A stretch of DNA of 64,000 nt from an uncultured Clostridia bacterium (lineage in GTDB: Bacteria; Bacillota; Clostridia; TANB77; CAG-465). The notes under the pieces were generated by a model. That model had not been told where the DNA came from. It made no database searches and was given only the letters and a program-made list of their open reading frames with translations. The DNA lies in the NCBI GenBank assembly GCA_934130325.1, contig CAKOYA010000001.1, forward strand, positions 33,725-97,724, given 5' to 3'. Shown piece by piece: positions 20,210 to 30,266 of this stretch; within the stretch, counting starts at the first letter, position 1, and each line of letters opens with the position of its first letter. A program made the translations under genes and the position numbers.

Positions 20210-21463
20210 CTACATTTCATTATTACTACCTGCAGCCACAGCTGTAGAGAATGCTATTTGCAGATTATATCCACCTGTATAGGCATCAATGTCTAAAACC
20301 TCTCCTGCAAAATATAAATTTTTTATAATCTTCGATTCCATCGTCTTAGGATTTACTTCCTTAACATTAATACCTCCACATGTTATAATTGCAAATTCTA
20401 GTGGCATTAAGTTATTTATCTTAATTGTTAAACTTTTTATACATTTTACTAACCTTTTTCTTTCTTCTTTAGTTATTTGATGCACTTTCTTATTTTCCTC
20501 AATACCAGACATAATTATAATTTGCGGTATAAGTTTTTGAGGTAGCAAATCATTTAAACTATTTTTAAATTCCTTATTTGAATTCTTATCAAAATCCCTG
20601 CAAATTCTCTTATCTAACGTTTTTTCATCTAAAGCTGGTTTTAAATCTATAATCGCACATATTTTACCCTGCTTTAATTTTTCAGAAACATTATCATACC
20701 TATTTAATATACTACTTGAACTCAAAACAACAGGTCCAGTTATTCCAAAATGTGCAAACATTAATTCACCAAAATCTTCATAAATATTCTTTTTTATATC
20801 CAAATCAAACAAACTGTATCTTATATTTTTAAGAGTCAAGCCTTGTAATTTTTTACATATACTATCACTACTTTTTAAAGGTACTAACCCTGGCAATAAT
20901 TTTTCAATACTATGCCCAACATTCTTAGAAATTGTATATCCATCACCTGTACTACCAGTTGTAGAATAACTCATACCACCAGTCGCTAATATACATTTTT
21001 CACAATATATTTTTTCACCATTATCAAGTTTTACTCCAATCAAAGAATTTTCGTTTAAAATAATGTTAGCAACACTAGAATTAAATAAAATTTTGACTCT
21101 TTGTTGTTTTAATTTTTCTTTTAGAGCGCTTACTACCTCATTTGCATCATCTGATACTGGAAATACCCTATTTCCACGTTCAATTTTAGTTTTTACACCA
21201 AGTTTCTCGAAAAAATCTATAGTATCGTTGTTATCAAAATTATTAAAGCTACTATATAAAAATCTATAGTTCTTAACAACATTATTTTTAAAATCTTCTG
21301 AATCACCAGCAAAAGTTAAATTACAACGACCTTTTCCAGTTATTTTTAACTTATTTCCAAGACTATCTGTTTTTTCTATTAACAATACATCATTTCCTTG
21401 GGTAGAAGCAGTAATAGCTGCCATCATCCCAGCTGCTCCACCCCCTATTACAATAACTTTCAT
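20210..21463 (-). CDS. HI0933/BaiN-family FAD-dependent flavoprotein
   Basis: MKVIVIGGGAAGMMAAITA...GKGRCNLT dinucleotide-binding N-terminus; 417 aa. Confidence 0.7.
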   Translation of the reverse strand: MKVIVIGGGAAGMMAAITASTQGNDVLLIEKTDSLGNKLKITGKGRCNLTFAGDSEDFKNNVVKNYRFLYSSFNNFDNNDTIDFFEKLGVKTKIERGNRVFPVSDDANEVVSALKEKLKQQRVKILFNSSVANIILNENSLIGVKLDNGEKIYCEKCILATGGMSYSTTGSTGDGYTISKNVGHSIEKLLPGLVPLKSSDSICKKLQGLTLKNIRYSLFDLDIKKNIYEDFGELMFAHFGITGPVVLSSSSILNRYDNVSEKLKQGKICAIIDLKPALDEKTLDKRICRDFDKNSNKEFKNSLNDLLPQKLIPQIIIMSGIEENKKVHQITKEERKRLVKCIKSLTIKINNLMPLEFAIITCGGINVKEVNPKTMESKIIKNLYFAGEVLDIDAYTGGYNLQIAFSTAVAAGSNNEM

Positions 21464-22729
21464 TTACATATCACCTAGTATTTTATTAGCTGCAACACAA
21501 ATAGCAATTTTTGCTGATTCATAAGTAAGACCTCCCTGCATATATGCTACATAGGGCTCTCTTATAGGGCTATCAGCAGAAAGTTCAATTGATGCACCAT
21601 CAATAAATGTACCTGCAGCCATTATTATTTGATCAGAATAACCTGGCATATCCCATGGATACGGCGTTACATGACTATCTACTGGGCTAGCAGCTTGTAT
21701 TCCCTGTATAAATTTAATGAGTAATTCTTTATTATTTAATTTCACAGCTTGAATTATATCACCACGTTTTTCACTAAATTTTGGATATACTTCAAAACCA
21801 AGTTTAGACAATAAACTTGAAGCAAATATTGCAGACTTTAAAGCATTTTTTACAATACTTGGAGCCATAAACAAACCTTGTAAAATATTCCTGTTTTGTC
21901 CCAAAGTAGCTCCACATTCTTTTCCAATTCCTGGACAAGTTAAAGTCTCAGCACACAATTTTATTAGTTCCTTTTTTCCGCAAATATATGCTCCTGTTTC
22001 ACAAAGTCCTCCACCTATATTTTTTATCAAACTTCCACATACAATATCTGCACCCACTTCAGTTGGTTCTTTTTTTTCTACAAACTCCCCATAACAATTA
22101 TCTACCATAATTATTACAGATTTATCCACTTTTCTAATTTCATTTATTATATCTTCTATATCTTCTATATATAGTGACTTTCTTAATGCATATCCCTTAG
22201 AACGCTGAATGTGAATTAATTTTACATTGTTATTTTTTAAATATTTAATTATATTTTCGGTATCAAAGTTTCCATCTTGATTTAAATCTATTTGACTATA
22301 TTTAACACCAAAATTTTTTAAAGATAAACTACTTTCATTTATCCCGATAACTTCACATAAAGTGTCATACGGTTTACCAGATATTGCCAATAACTCGTCT
22401 CCAGGCATAAGTAATGCTTTAAGAACTGTTGCTATTGCATGGGTACCATTTACAAATTGTACTCTTACTAAGCTATCCTCAGTATCAAAAATTCTTGAAT
22501 ATATTTTTTCAATAACTTCTCTCCCTGGATCATCATATCCATATCCAGTTGTTTTACCAAAATGCATTCCTGACACCTGGAATTCATTAAAAGCCTTCAT
22601 AACTTTAGCCTGATTATATAATGATATGTTATCAATATTATAGAAAGTATCTTTTATTTCAACCTCAGCATACTTAGCATTTAAAACAATGTTATCTGAT
22701 AAATTATATAATTTAGAAACTTCATCCAT
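21464..22729 (-). CDS. PLP-dependent methionine gamma-lyase family / aluminium-resistance (YnbB-like) protein
   Basis: ~420 aa; ...GKTTGYGYDDPGREVIEKIY...SLIKNIGGG pattern typical of the YnbB family. Confidence 0.6.
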   Translation of the reverse strand: MDEVSKLYNLSDNIVLNAKYAEVEIKDTFYNIDNISLYNQAKVMKAFNEFQVSGMHFGKTTGYGYDDPGREVIEKIYSRIFDTEDSLVRVQFVNGTHAIATVLKALLMPGDELLAISGKPYDTLCEVIGINESSLSLKNFGVKYSQIDLNQDGNFDTENIIKYLKNNNVKLIHIQRSKGYALRKSLYIEDIEDIINEIRKVDKSVIIMVDNCYGEFVEKKEPTEVGADIVCGSLIKNIGGGLCETGAYICGKKELIKLCAETLTCPGIGKECGATLGQNRNILQGLFMAPSIVKNALKSAIFASSLLSKLGFEVYPKFSEKRGDIIQAVKLNNKELLIKFIQGIQAASPVDSHVTPYPWDMPGYSDQIIMAAGTFIDGASIELSADSPIREPYVAYMQGGLTYESAKIAICVAANKILGDM

Positions 22730-22914
22730 ACCAAATCACCAGTTATATTATAGCACAATATTTACACTTTTTGAATAAAATGTATTTAATTTCACTAAAT
22801 TTTCACTCCTATCTTATTTTTAACATAATTATATATACATTACAAATTATACTAGAAAAATTTAATATATTATTTTTTTATACCATATTGTAAAATTATA
22901 TTGGGGGTATTTTT

Positions 22915-23100
22915 ATGGCAATAAGTCTTAATTACAAAAAGCAAAAAGTTAAAGCTAGTTATAAATCACTATACTTAAAAGATGAATTAATTGAAAAAGT
23001 AGACAAAATTGCTAAAATAAATGATTCAACTTTTAATGGAGTAGTAACAAATATGATAGAGTATTGTGTTGAAAATGAAACTAAGCTTAAAGAGAAATAA
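22915..23100 (+). CDS. small ribbon-helix-helix-like protein (61 aa), paralogue of 61779-61949
   Basis: GGGGGT RBS; beta-strand/helix pattern KASYKSLYLKDELIEKVDKIAK; aligns with the 56-aa ORF at 61779. Confidence 0.5.
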   Translation: MAISLNYKKQKVKASYKSLYLKDELIEKVDKIAKINDSTFNGVVTNMIEYCVENETKLKEK

Positions 23101-23144
23101 GAAAAAGATGCCTAGTAAACTAATCTAGACATCTTTCTTATTTT

Positions 23145-23513
23145 TTACTCTTCATCTAAAGAATCTAATTCTTGTTGTTGTTTTACAAATCTATCAAATA
23201 CAGCTTTACCAACTTCATCATCAGTTACTGTATCGTAAACTTCTTCGCCATTTTCTTGTTTTATTTCAAGAATAACAACTTCAACGTCCTCTTTTTCCTC
23301 TTCAGAAGCCTCACTTACGATTAAATACTCTTTTTCGTCATCCATAACAACAATATCAACTATCTCAAATTGAACATCGTTGCCATCTTCATCAGTAAGA
23401 GTAATTACTGGACTAAAGTCATCAGGTAATTCAAAATCTCCGTGATCATGACCGCATCCTGCACAACTAGCACAATTTGATGCACAATCATTTATTTCAT
23501 GTTTATTATCCAT
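23145..23513 (-). CDS. DUF1292 (YrzB-like) acidic protein with Cys/His-rich N-terminal extension
   Basis: VITLTDEDGNDVQFEIVDIVVMDDEKEYLIV core; N-terminal CASNCASCAGCGHDHGD. Confidence 0.65.
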   Translation of the reverse strand: MDNKHEINDCASNCASCAGCGHDHGDFELPDDFSPVITLTDEDGNDVQFEIVDIVVMDDEKEYLIVSEASEEEKEDVEVVILEIKQENGEEVYDTVTDDEVGKAVFDRFVKQQQELDSLDEE

Positions 23514-23587
23514 TTTTTTCCTCCTAAACTTATTATGCTATATATTATACACTAATAATCAAAATTTGTATATAGCTTTTCTTAAAT

Positions 23588-24022
23588 TCATACATTATTC
23601 CTTTTAATTTTTTCTAAATATCCTTCTAATATATAAACAGCTGCTAATTTATCTGCATAAGTATTTTTTTTCTTCTGAGATATATTTAACTCTCTCATTG
23701 TTCTATAAGCAGACACTGTAGTAAGTCTTTCATCCCACTTTTCCACATTTTCCACAAATTCATTTAATTTTGGTATAAGAGTATCTACAGTTTGTGCTTT
23801 TAAAGATAAACTACCATCCATATTTTTAGGATACCCAATCACTATAGTACCGATATTATACTTTGATACTACATCTTTTATTCCCCTAAAAAAGTTTTTT
23901 ATGCTATTATTTATCACCAATGTATCTAAACCTTGGGCAGTTATTCCTAAAGAATCAGATACAGCCAATCCTACCCTAACTTCCCCATAATCAATCGCCA
24001 ATATTCTTTTCATATTTTCCAC
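23588..24022 (-). CDS. ruvX: Holliday-junction resolvase-like / pre-16S rRNA nuclease RuvX (YqgF)
   Basis: RILAIDYGEVRVGLAVSD N-terminus; 144 aa. Confidence 0.85.
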   Translation of the reverse strand: MENMKRILAIDYGEVRVGLAVSDSLGITAQGLDTLVINNSIKNFFRGIKDVVSKYNIGTIVIGYPKNMDGSLSLKAQTVDTLIPKLNEFVENVEKWDERLTTVSAYRTMRELNISQKKKNTYADKLAAVYILEGYLEKIKRNNV

Positions 24023-24276
24023 TAAATATCCAAATATTTTTTTATCATTTCTTGTAATAAATCATCTCTTTCAATTTTACAAATCATTGCTCTTGCATTT
24101 TGATGAGATGTTATATACGTAGGGTCACCAGATAATATATATCCAATAATTTGGCTTACAGGTTCATATCCTTTATCTTTAAGAGCAGAAACAACCTGTT
24201 CCATTATTTCCTTCACTCTTTTTGATTCATCTTTTTGTGGTGTAAAAACAGTTGTATTTTGATCCATTAAAATCAC
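24022..24276 (-). CDS. ireB: IreB-family regulatory phosphoprotein (UPF0297/YrzL)
   Basis: 84 aa, VVSALKDKGYEPVSQIIGYILSGDPTYITSHQNAR; conserved DUF1292-ruvX-ireB synteny. Confidence 0.7.
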   Translation of the reverse strand: MILMDQNTTVFTPQKDESKRVKEIMEQVVSALKDKGYEPVSQIIGYILSGDPTYITSHQNARAMICKIERDDLLQEMIKKYLDI

Positions 24277-24307
24277 TCCTTTTTTTATAAAATTACTATA
24301 TAATATT

Positions 24308-25378
24308 TTAAACTATTTTTATTGTATTTACATTTTTCATCCAATCCATTTGTGACATAGTTTTTTGAATTTCTTTTTCTAAGTTATTTTGTTTCCTTAA
24401 AGTATGTATTAAAATTTTTGTATCTACCTTAACCTTTTTATCGCTTTCATATTCATATATTTTCTTATATTTTGACAGTAATCTTTCAATATTAGGTTGA
24501 ATAGTTTCTGCAGTTTGATTTTTTACAAATATTATAAAACGTAAACCACTAAATCTAACATAAATATTGTCCTCACCTAATATTTCCTTAGTAGCATTTG
24601 CTAATTTTACTAATAATAAATTTCCAATATTTCTTCCATATTTTTCATTAATTTCTGGTAAATTATCTAGCCTTACAACTATCATAGCTGAATTTTTATA
24701 TGGCATTAATAGTTTTCTAACATTTGCATACAAATATACGTTATTATAGAAATCAGTTTGTGAATCAATTATATTAGCAGTTTCAAATGTATGTTGAAAC
24801 TCAATATTTTCTATAAAATTAGCTATATTACTTTTTAATTCAATTAAATCATCATTTGCGATCTTTTCTAAGTTGTTTTCACTTGTTTCCTCAAAAAGTA
24901 TAAATCCCAAAAAATTACTTTCAAAATATATCGGGATAAATAAAGCAGAAGTAATACCTCTTTCTATCGCGCTTTTATAAAGTAAATTTTTTCCTCTTTC
25001 TGCAACTATATACTTACTATTATCTTTTGATACATTATTTTTAAATACCTTATCATAAGCTACTTCTTTTATAGAATTTACATATTCTTTTTCCACATTA
25101 CTTGCCTTAACTTCAAAATTATATCCATCATATATACATATACTTGAATACTTTATTTTTAATTTCGAAATAAATGTATTGTTAAGAGCAACTATTTTAT
25201 CGCTAGCTTTTACATCTAAACTCATTATATTAATCATATCTTTTAAAATAAAATTATATACTTCATCAAAATGATTTGTACACTTTCCCAATTTTTTCTT
25301 GTAATCAAAATCTACAAGAAGAATTAATATAATAAGAACTAAAATTAGAAGTAATAAAATACATACTAAATAATTCAT
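24308..25378 (-). CDS. membrane-anchored protein with degenerate GGDEF-like domain (SGLRF in place of GGDEF)
   Basis: N-terminal TM; C-terminal DSQTDFYNNVYL...IVVRLDNLPEINEKYGRNIGNLLL...YVRFSGLRFIIFV matches GGDEF topology with an inactive signature. Confidence 0.55.
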   Translation of the reverse strand: MNYLVCILLLLILVLIILILLVDFDYKKKLGKCTNHFDEVYNFILKDMINIMSLDVKASDKIVALNNTFISKLKIKYSSICIYDGYNFEVKASNVEKEYVNSIKEVAYDKVFKNNVSKDNSKYIVAERGKNLLYKSAIERGITSALFIPIYFESNFLGFILFEETSENNLEKIANDDLIELKSNIANFIENIEFQHTFETANIIDSQTDFYNNVYLYANVRKLLMPYKNSAMIVVRLDNLPEINEKYGRNIGNLLLVKLANATKEILGEDNIYVRFSGLRFIIFVKNQTAETIQPNIERLLSKYKKIYEYESDKKVKVDTKILIHTLRKQNNLEKEIQKTMSQMDWMKNVNTIKIV

Positions 25379-25404
25379 TCTTAATTCCTTTCATCATTTG
25401 TTGT

Positions 25405-27093
25405 TTATTTTTTAAAAAATCCTCTTGATCTAGAACTTCCTTGTGACCTTGTGCTACTAGTTCTACTAGAAACAGGATAAATCGAATTAATAATGTTCTC
25501 AAGATTAAATTTAAAATCATCCGTAAATGTTGCAAATTTATTAGAGTACTTATATACCATTTCTACATATTTTCTATAGTTATCTATATCAAAAGGTAAA
25601 ATATAATATGAAATATTTGATGAGTTAAACAATTCATCATACATTTTTAGATCATAACTAGTATATGTAGCAATTCCATCTAATATATCTCTAGCAGTAA
25701 GAACACACTTTACGTGTTTATTAATAATTACCCTAAGCTTATTCATAGGAATTCCTTTAGATTTTAAACTTCTTAAAAACATTGTAAGTTGATTTATATT
25801 TAATATATCCATATCCTGTACAATATATATCTCTTGACACAATCTAAAGTAATCAACTGGCGTCGTAAAATCTGCATCTATTAAAATTACATTATTATTT
25901 TGAGATATAGTCTCTAAGGCTACACTAGCATTATATAATTTTCTATCTTCTCCTGGCATACCAGTATAAATGCTTAATCTGTCATATATTAATGGTTCAT
26001 TTAAACCGTTTGATGCATATTTTAAGCTCTCAGCTGCTATATGCCTTTTTCCTTCATTATCATATGTATAGATTGTATAAGTATCTCTTTTTCTAGTCAT
26101 ATCTACAATAGCTGTTTTAACCTTATTTCTAGCTAAATATGTACCTATAGCATTAATACAAAAAGTAGTTCCTACCTTAGGTGCTCCTACAAAACACACA
26201 GTTTTTTTATAATCTTTAGGAACCTCATAAACATTCCTTACTACCTCTTTTTCAACTACTTGAGTTACAACTTCTTTTTGAGGTACTTTTTGAACAACTA
26301 TTTTTTCAACTATTTCTGGTTCTTTTTTTATTTGAACACTATTAGAATTCTGATTATTATTCAATATCTCTCTAGGTTTATATTCTGCGGCTTGTGGTTC
26401 AATAACCCTAACACTAACATTATCTGGTAATGAATTTATTGCTTTAAATTTTTCACTATTTAAAGCTAAAAATTGTTTTACATCTGCAGGTAAAAAATTA
26501 CATATAACTTTTAATTGTTCATTCGTATATTGAGTAGATATTCTATCAAATATTTCATTATATTTATCAGTATTACCATTCTGATTTTTATAATATGAAA
26601 TTATTCTTTGAATTTCAATTTCTGAAACTTCAGCTGATTTATATACATTCTCTCCTACTACATTTTCATAATACTTTTTTACGTCCTTTTTTAATAATGG
26701 CTTATGTATAGCCTCACAAACTTTTCCTTTCGTTCTATCTTGACCAGTTAAAACTGTATACATTCCCAAATTAAATAGCTTTGATAAAAACTCATCACCA
26801 TGTTTTCTTCTATCAGATGCAATGTATACTATACTTTTTGAATCAAACACATCCGTCATATTATCAATATTCTTAAAAAGATAATCATCTATTTGAGCAT
26901 AATTAGTAGTTGGAAATTTTTCTAATTCTTCTAATAAAACTGCTCTATCATATCCACCAATTGCAAGCTCATGTATAAATTGTTTAAAATAATAAACATT
27001 TTTATATTCAATTTTCTCATTATATTTTTCATTATAAAATTTAACAATACCTTTTACAGTATCATCATTATTTATACCAAAAAGTACCTTCAT
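25405..27093 (-). CDS. hypothetical 562-aa protein: receiver-like N-terminal region + degenerate MinD/ParA-like P-loop
   Basis: KKTVCFVGAPKVGTTFCINAIGTYLARNKVKTAIVDMT deviant Walker-A-like segment; function unknown. Confidence 0.35.
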   Translation of the reverse strand: MKVLFGINNDDTVKGIVKFYNEKYNEKIEYKNVYYFKQFIHELAIGGYDRAVLLEELEKFPTTNYAQIDDYLFKNIDNMTDVFDSKSIVYIASDRRKHGDEFLSKLFNLGMYTVLTGQDRTKGKVCEAIHKPLLKKDVKKYYENVVGENVYKSAEVSEIEIQRIISYYKNQNGNTDKYNEIFDRISTQYTNEQLKVICNFLPADVKQFLALNSEKFKAINSLPDNVSVRVIEPQAAEYKPREILNNNQNSNSVQIKKEPEIVEKIVVQKVPQKEVVTQVVEKEVVRNVYEVPKDYKKTVCFVGAPKVGTTFCINAIGTYLARNKVKTAIVDMTRKRDTYTIYTYDNEGKRHIAAESLKYASNGLNEPLIYDRLSIYTGMPGEDRKLYNASVALETISQNNNVILIDADFTTPVDYFRLCQEIYIVQDMDILNINQLTMFLRSLKSKGIPMNKLRVIINKHVKCVLTARDILDGIATYTSYDLKMYDELFNSSNISYYILPFDIDNYRKYVEMVYKYSNKFATFTDDFKFNLENIINSIYPVSSRTSSTRSQGSSRSRGFFKK

Positions 27094-27117
27094 ATATTTA
27101 TCCTCTCCATTTGTTTT

Positions 27118-27441
27118 CTACTTAACGGTTAAAAAGGCATATATTAATGGTAAACACTGAATTATAACCATAAACAATGCTATGCCAACTATTAATCTTT
27201 GTCCTAATATTTTACTTTCTAAAATTTCAGCTCCAGCAACATAAAATTGATATAATGCATATACAAAAATAAGTGTAACCACTGGCCAAGAATATTTTTG
27301 TAAAAATACTAAAACATTAAGTGTTGTATCCATTATCTTATCATTAGTTGTTATATTAGTTGCAGCAAATGTAAAATTACTTACTATTGCAGCTATTATT
27401 GCTATCACTATTGCAGTTATTGTTAATTTTTTATAAACCAT
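27118..27441 (-). CDS. small integral membrane protein (107 aa)
   Basis: three hydrophobic helices; ORF only. Confidence 0.4.
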   Translation of the reverse strand: MVYKKLTITAIVIAIIAAIVSNFTFAATNITTNDKIMDTTLNVLVFLQKYSWPVVTLIFVYALYQFYVAGAEILESKILGQRLIVGIALFMVIIQCLPLIYAFLTVK

Positions 27442-27980
27442 ATTAATCCCTCGCTAAATTCCATATCATTTATCATATTTTACTATAAAGATAAAAAAAT
27501 ATCAAGTAATCTTACATAAAAAAAGTAAAAATCATACTATTATATCCAATTTTAAAAAAACTAACTGATTTAAATAATATTTTCGACTACTTTTTACATA
27601 ATTCAAACTTAATTTTTTTGAATATTTTGAATATTTAATCCCATTTTACACAATATATTTTTAGGTGATTATTTTGAATATATATCATAAAATTACAGAA
27701 AATAATCGGGATAAAACAAATTGCTATATATGTTGATTATCCAGATGAATATGAATTTTCTTTAGATTTCAATTCGTTTAAAAAAAATGTAATAAAAGTA
27801 AGTGATAAAATAAGAGAATATATATTAAAAAACTTAGGAGGAATATCAGATAATACTGCATTAATAATTCTTAATGGTGTAGTTGTTGGTACCTTAGTTT
27901 TAACAAATATATATTCAAAAAATAATTCAACAAATTTAGATACTAATATACCTACAATTATTTCTGAAGACAGTTCAGAT

Positions 27981-29054
27981 ATGATTAATACTAATACCAC
28001 TAATGACGCCTCCATTTCTGAGACTATTGAAACAAATGAATTAGAAAAAGAAGAAAAAACAGAACAGGAAAATTCAATTTCAGAAGAAACACAAAATGTA
28101 AAAAATGATAGTTCTACTCAGGTTCAAACCTCTAATACCAAAACAAATAATAATAATAATAACACTAAAACTAATACTAACGTTAACAACAACAATAATA
28201 ATAACAGCAATAATAGTAACAATAATAACAATAGTACTAGCAATAATACTACTGTAGAATCCAATGAAAAGAAAATAAATGTTAAGTTATCCTCGGGAAA
28301 AACTATAACTATACCTTTAGAAGAATATGTTATTGGAGTAGTGGGTGCAGAAATGCCTGCTGAATTTCATATAGAAGCTCTCAAAGCGCAGGCAGTGGCT
28401 TCAAGAACATATGCATTAAAGAAGACCTTATCAGGTGGTGCAATATCTGCTTCTACATCTGATCAAACATTTTATACTACTGATCAATTAAAATCACAAT
28501 GGGGAAGTTCTTTTAACAAATATTATGAAAAAGTTAAAAACGCTGTTAATGCTACTAAAGGTCAAACCATAAAATACAATGGTTCCTATATAGAAGCTTT
28601 ATTTTTTTCAACAAGTAATGGTAAAACAGAAGCATCTGAAAATGTATGGGGAAATTCTTATCCATATCTGAAAAGTGTAGACAGCCAATGGGATACTTCT
28701 GTTAGAAGTTTTTCGAGTACTAAAACCATATCTATAGATGAAGTTTCTAAAAAACTCGGAGTAAATTTAACATCTCTTTCTCAAATAAAGGTTATAAATA
28801 AAACTATAGGAGATAGAGTTGGAAATATCAGCATATGTGATAAAGTTTTTACTGGGGTTAAAATAAGACAGCTATTAGGACTACGTTCCGCTGATTTTGA
28901 AATATCACAAGATGGAAATAATTTAATATTTACAACCAAAGGTTATGGTCACGGCGTAGGAATGAGCCAATATGGCTCGAATGGTATGGCAAAATCTGGT
29001 TATTCCTATCAACAAATATTAAAACATTATTATACAAACGTTACAATATCATAA
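27981..29054 (+). CDS. spoIID: stage II sporulation protein D (SpoIID/LytB domain) with N/T-rich low-complexity linker; reading frame is open upstream to 27678 and encodes a TM helix without canonical start
   Basis: IPLEEYVIGVVGAEMPAEFHIEALKAQAVASRTYAL signature; AGGAGG at 27836-27841 precedes in-frame TALIILNGVVVGTLVL. Confidence 0.8.
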   Translation: MINTNTTNDASISETIETNELEKEEKTEQENSISEETQNVKNDSSTQVQTSNTKTNNNNNNTKTNTNVNNNNNNNSNNSNNNNNSTSNNTTVESNEKKINVKLSSGKTITIPLEEYVIGVVGAEMPAEFHIEALKAQAVASRTYALKKTLSGGAISASTSDQTFYTTDQLKSQWGSSFNKYYEKVKNAVNATKGQTIKYNGSYIEALFFSTSNGKTEASENVWGNSYPYLKSVDSQWDTSVRSFSSTKTISIDEVSKKLGVNLTSLSQIKVINKTIGDRVGNISICDKVFTGVKIRQLLGLRSADFEISQDGNNLIFTTKGYGHGVGMSQYGSNGMAKSGYSYQQILKHYYTNVTIS

Positions 29055-29103
29055 ATAAAACGTGCTATATGAATATTTAATTAATATCCATATAGCATAT
29101 TTT

Positions 29104-30096
29104 TTATTTTACTTCATTTTCACATGAGCCATTTTCAAATATTTGTTTGATATTGGAAAATGTATCACTGGCTATTTTGTTTAGAGCTTCTTTTGTGAAA
29201 AAAGCTTGATGAGATGTAATAAGAACATTCGGCATAGACAATAATGTAGACAGGTCTTTATCTCTAATATATGAATTAGACATATCATTAAGGAAAAATT
29301 CAGCCTCCTCTTCATAAACATCTAAACATAGTCCACCTATTTTTCCCTCTTCCAATTTTTCAATTAAACTATTTGTATCTATTAATTTACCTCTACTTGT
29401 ATTAATAATATACACTCCATTTTTCATTTTTGAAATACTTTCTGCATTAATCATTTTATTATTATCATCTGTTAATGGACAATGTAATGATATTATATCA
29501 GATTTGCTATACAATTCATCTAATGGTACATATTCAAAATCTAATTCATTACTAGCTTTTTCATCTTTATATATATCATATGCAATAACGTTTGCTCCAA
29601 ATCCTTTCATTATTTTTATGAAACATTTTCCTATTTTACCTGTACCGATTACTCCAACTGTTTTGCCATGTATATCAAACCCTAATAGTCCATTTAATGT
29701 AAAATTATACTTTTTTGTTCTTTGATATGCCTTATATATTTTTCTATCTACGGCCAAAAGTAACGCTACTGCATGTTCTGCTACAGCATACGGTGAATAC
29801 GCTGGTACTCTAACAACTTTAAGACTTTTATTCATATTTTTTATATCTACATTATTATATCCTGCACATCTTAGTGCGATTAATTTAACTCCACATTCTG
29901 TTAGAATATCTATAGTTTTTTTATCTACGATATCATTAACAAAAATGCATACTACATCGTATCCCTTAGCTAGAGGTGCAGTTTCACCATTTAATTTTGA
30001 TTCAAAATATGTTATGTCATATCCATAATTTTCATTGTACCTCTCAAATAATTTTTTATCATATTCCTTTGTATCAAAAAATGCTATTTTTATCAT
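29104..30096 (-). CDS. ldhA: D-isomer-specific 2-hydroxyacid (D-lactate) dehydrogenase
   Basis: MIKIAFFDTKEYDK..., GVIGTGKIGKCF NAD-binding motif, catalytic R/E/H region. Confidence 0.75.
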   Translation of the reverse strand: MIKIAFFDTKEYDKKLFERYNENYGYDITYFESKLNGETAPLAKGYDVVCIFVNDIVDKKTIDILTECGVKLIALRCAGYNNVDIKNMNKSLKVVRVPAYSPYAVAEHAVALLLAVDRKIYKAYQRTKKYNFTLNGLLGFDIHGKTVGVIGTGKIGKCFIKIMKGFGANVIAYDIYKDEKASNELDFEYVPLDELYSKSDIISLHCPLTDDNNKMINAESISKMKNGVYIINTSRGKLIDTNSLIEKLEEGKIGGLCLDVYEEEAEFFLNDMSNSYIRDKDLSTLLSMPNVLITSHQAFFTKEALNKIASDTFSNIKQIFENGSCENEVK

Positions 30097-30266
30097 ATAT
30101 ACCTCCATTACTTAACTATCTAAACATTATATCATATATAATTTAGATAACAATATTTTTTAATAGATTTTACAATATTTTTCCATATTATTATTATCAT
30201 AATGTCTAATTATTATGATAATTTTTGTTCAAAAATCTAAGAAAGATTCTACAATAGTATTTCATA

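Larger units (their letters stand above)
18353..20213. repeat. tandem duplication unit 2 (1861 bp)
   Basis: same as unit 1 with ~5 SNPs clustered at the unit ends; junction has 2-bp 'at' microhomology. Confidence 0.9.

Noticed and set aside
25305-25535. 76-aa ORF bridging two larger minus-strand genes
   Set aside because: It overlaps both neighbours in alternative frames and is probably spurious.
27737-28015. 92-aa minus-strand ORF
   Set aside because: It is antisense to the SpoIID N-terminal coding region, which has an RBS and TM helix on the plus strand.
28140-28260. Long AAT/AAC-rich nucleotide repeat
   Set aside because: It encodes the Asn/Thr-rich low-complexity linker of SpoIID and is not a CRISPR array or satellite.
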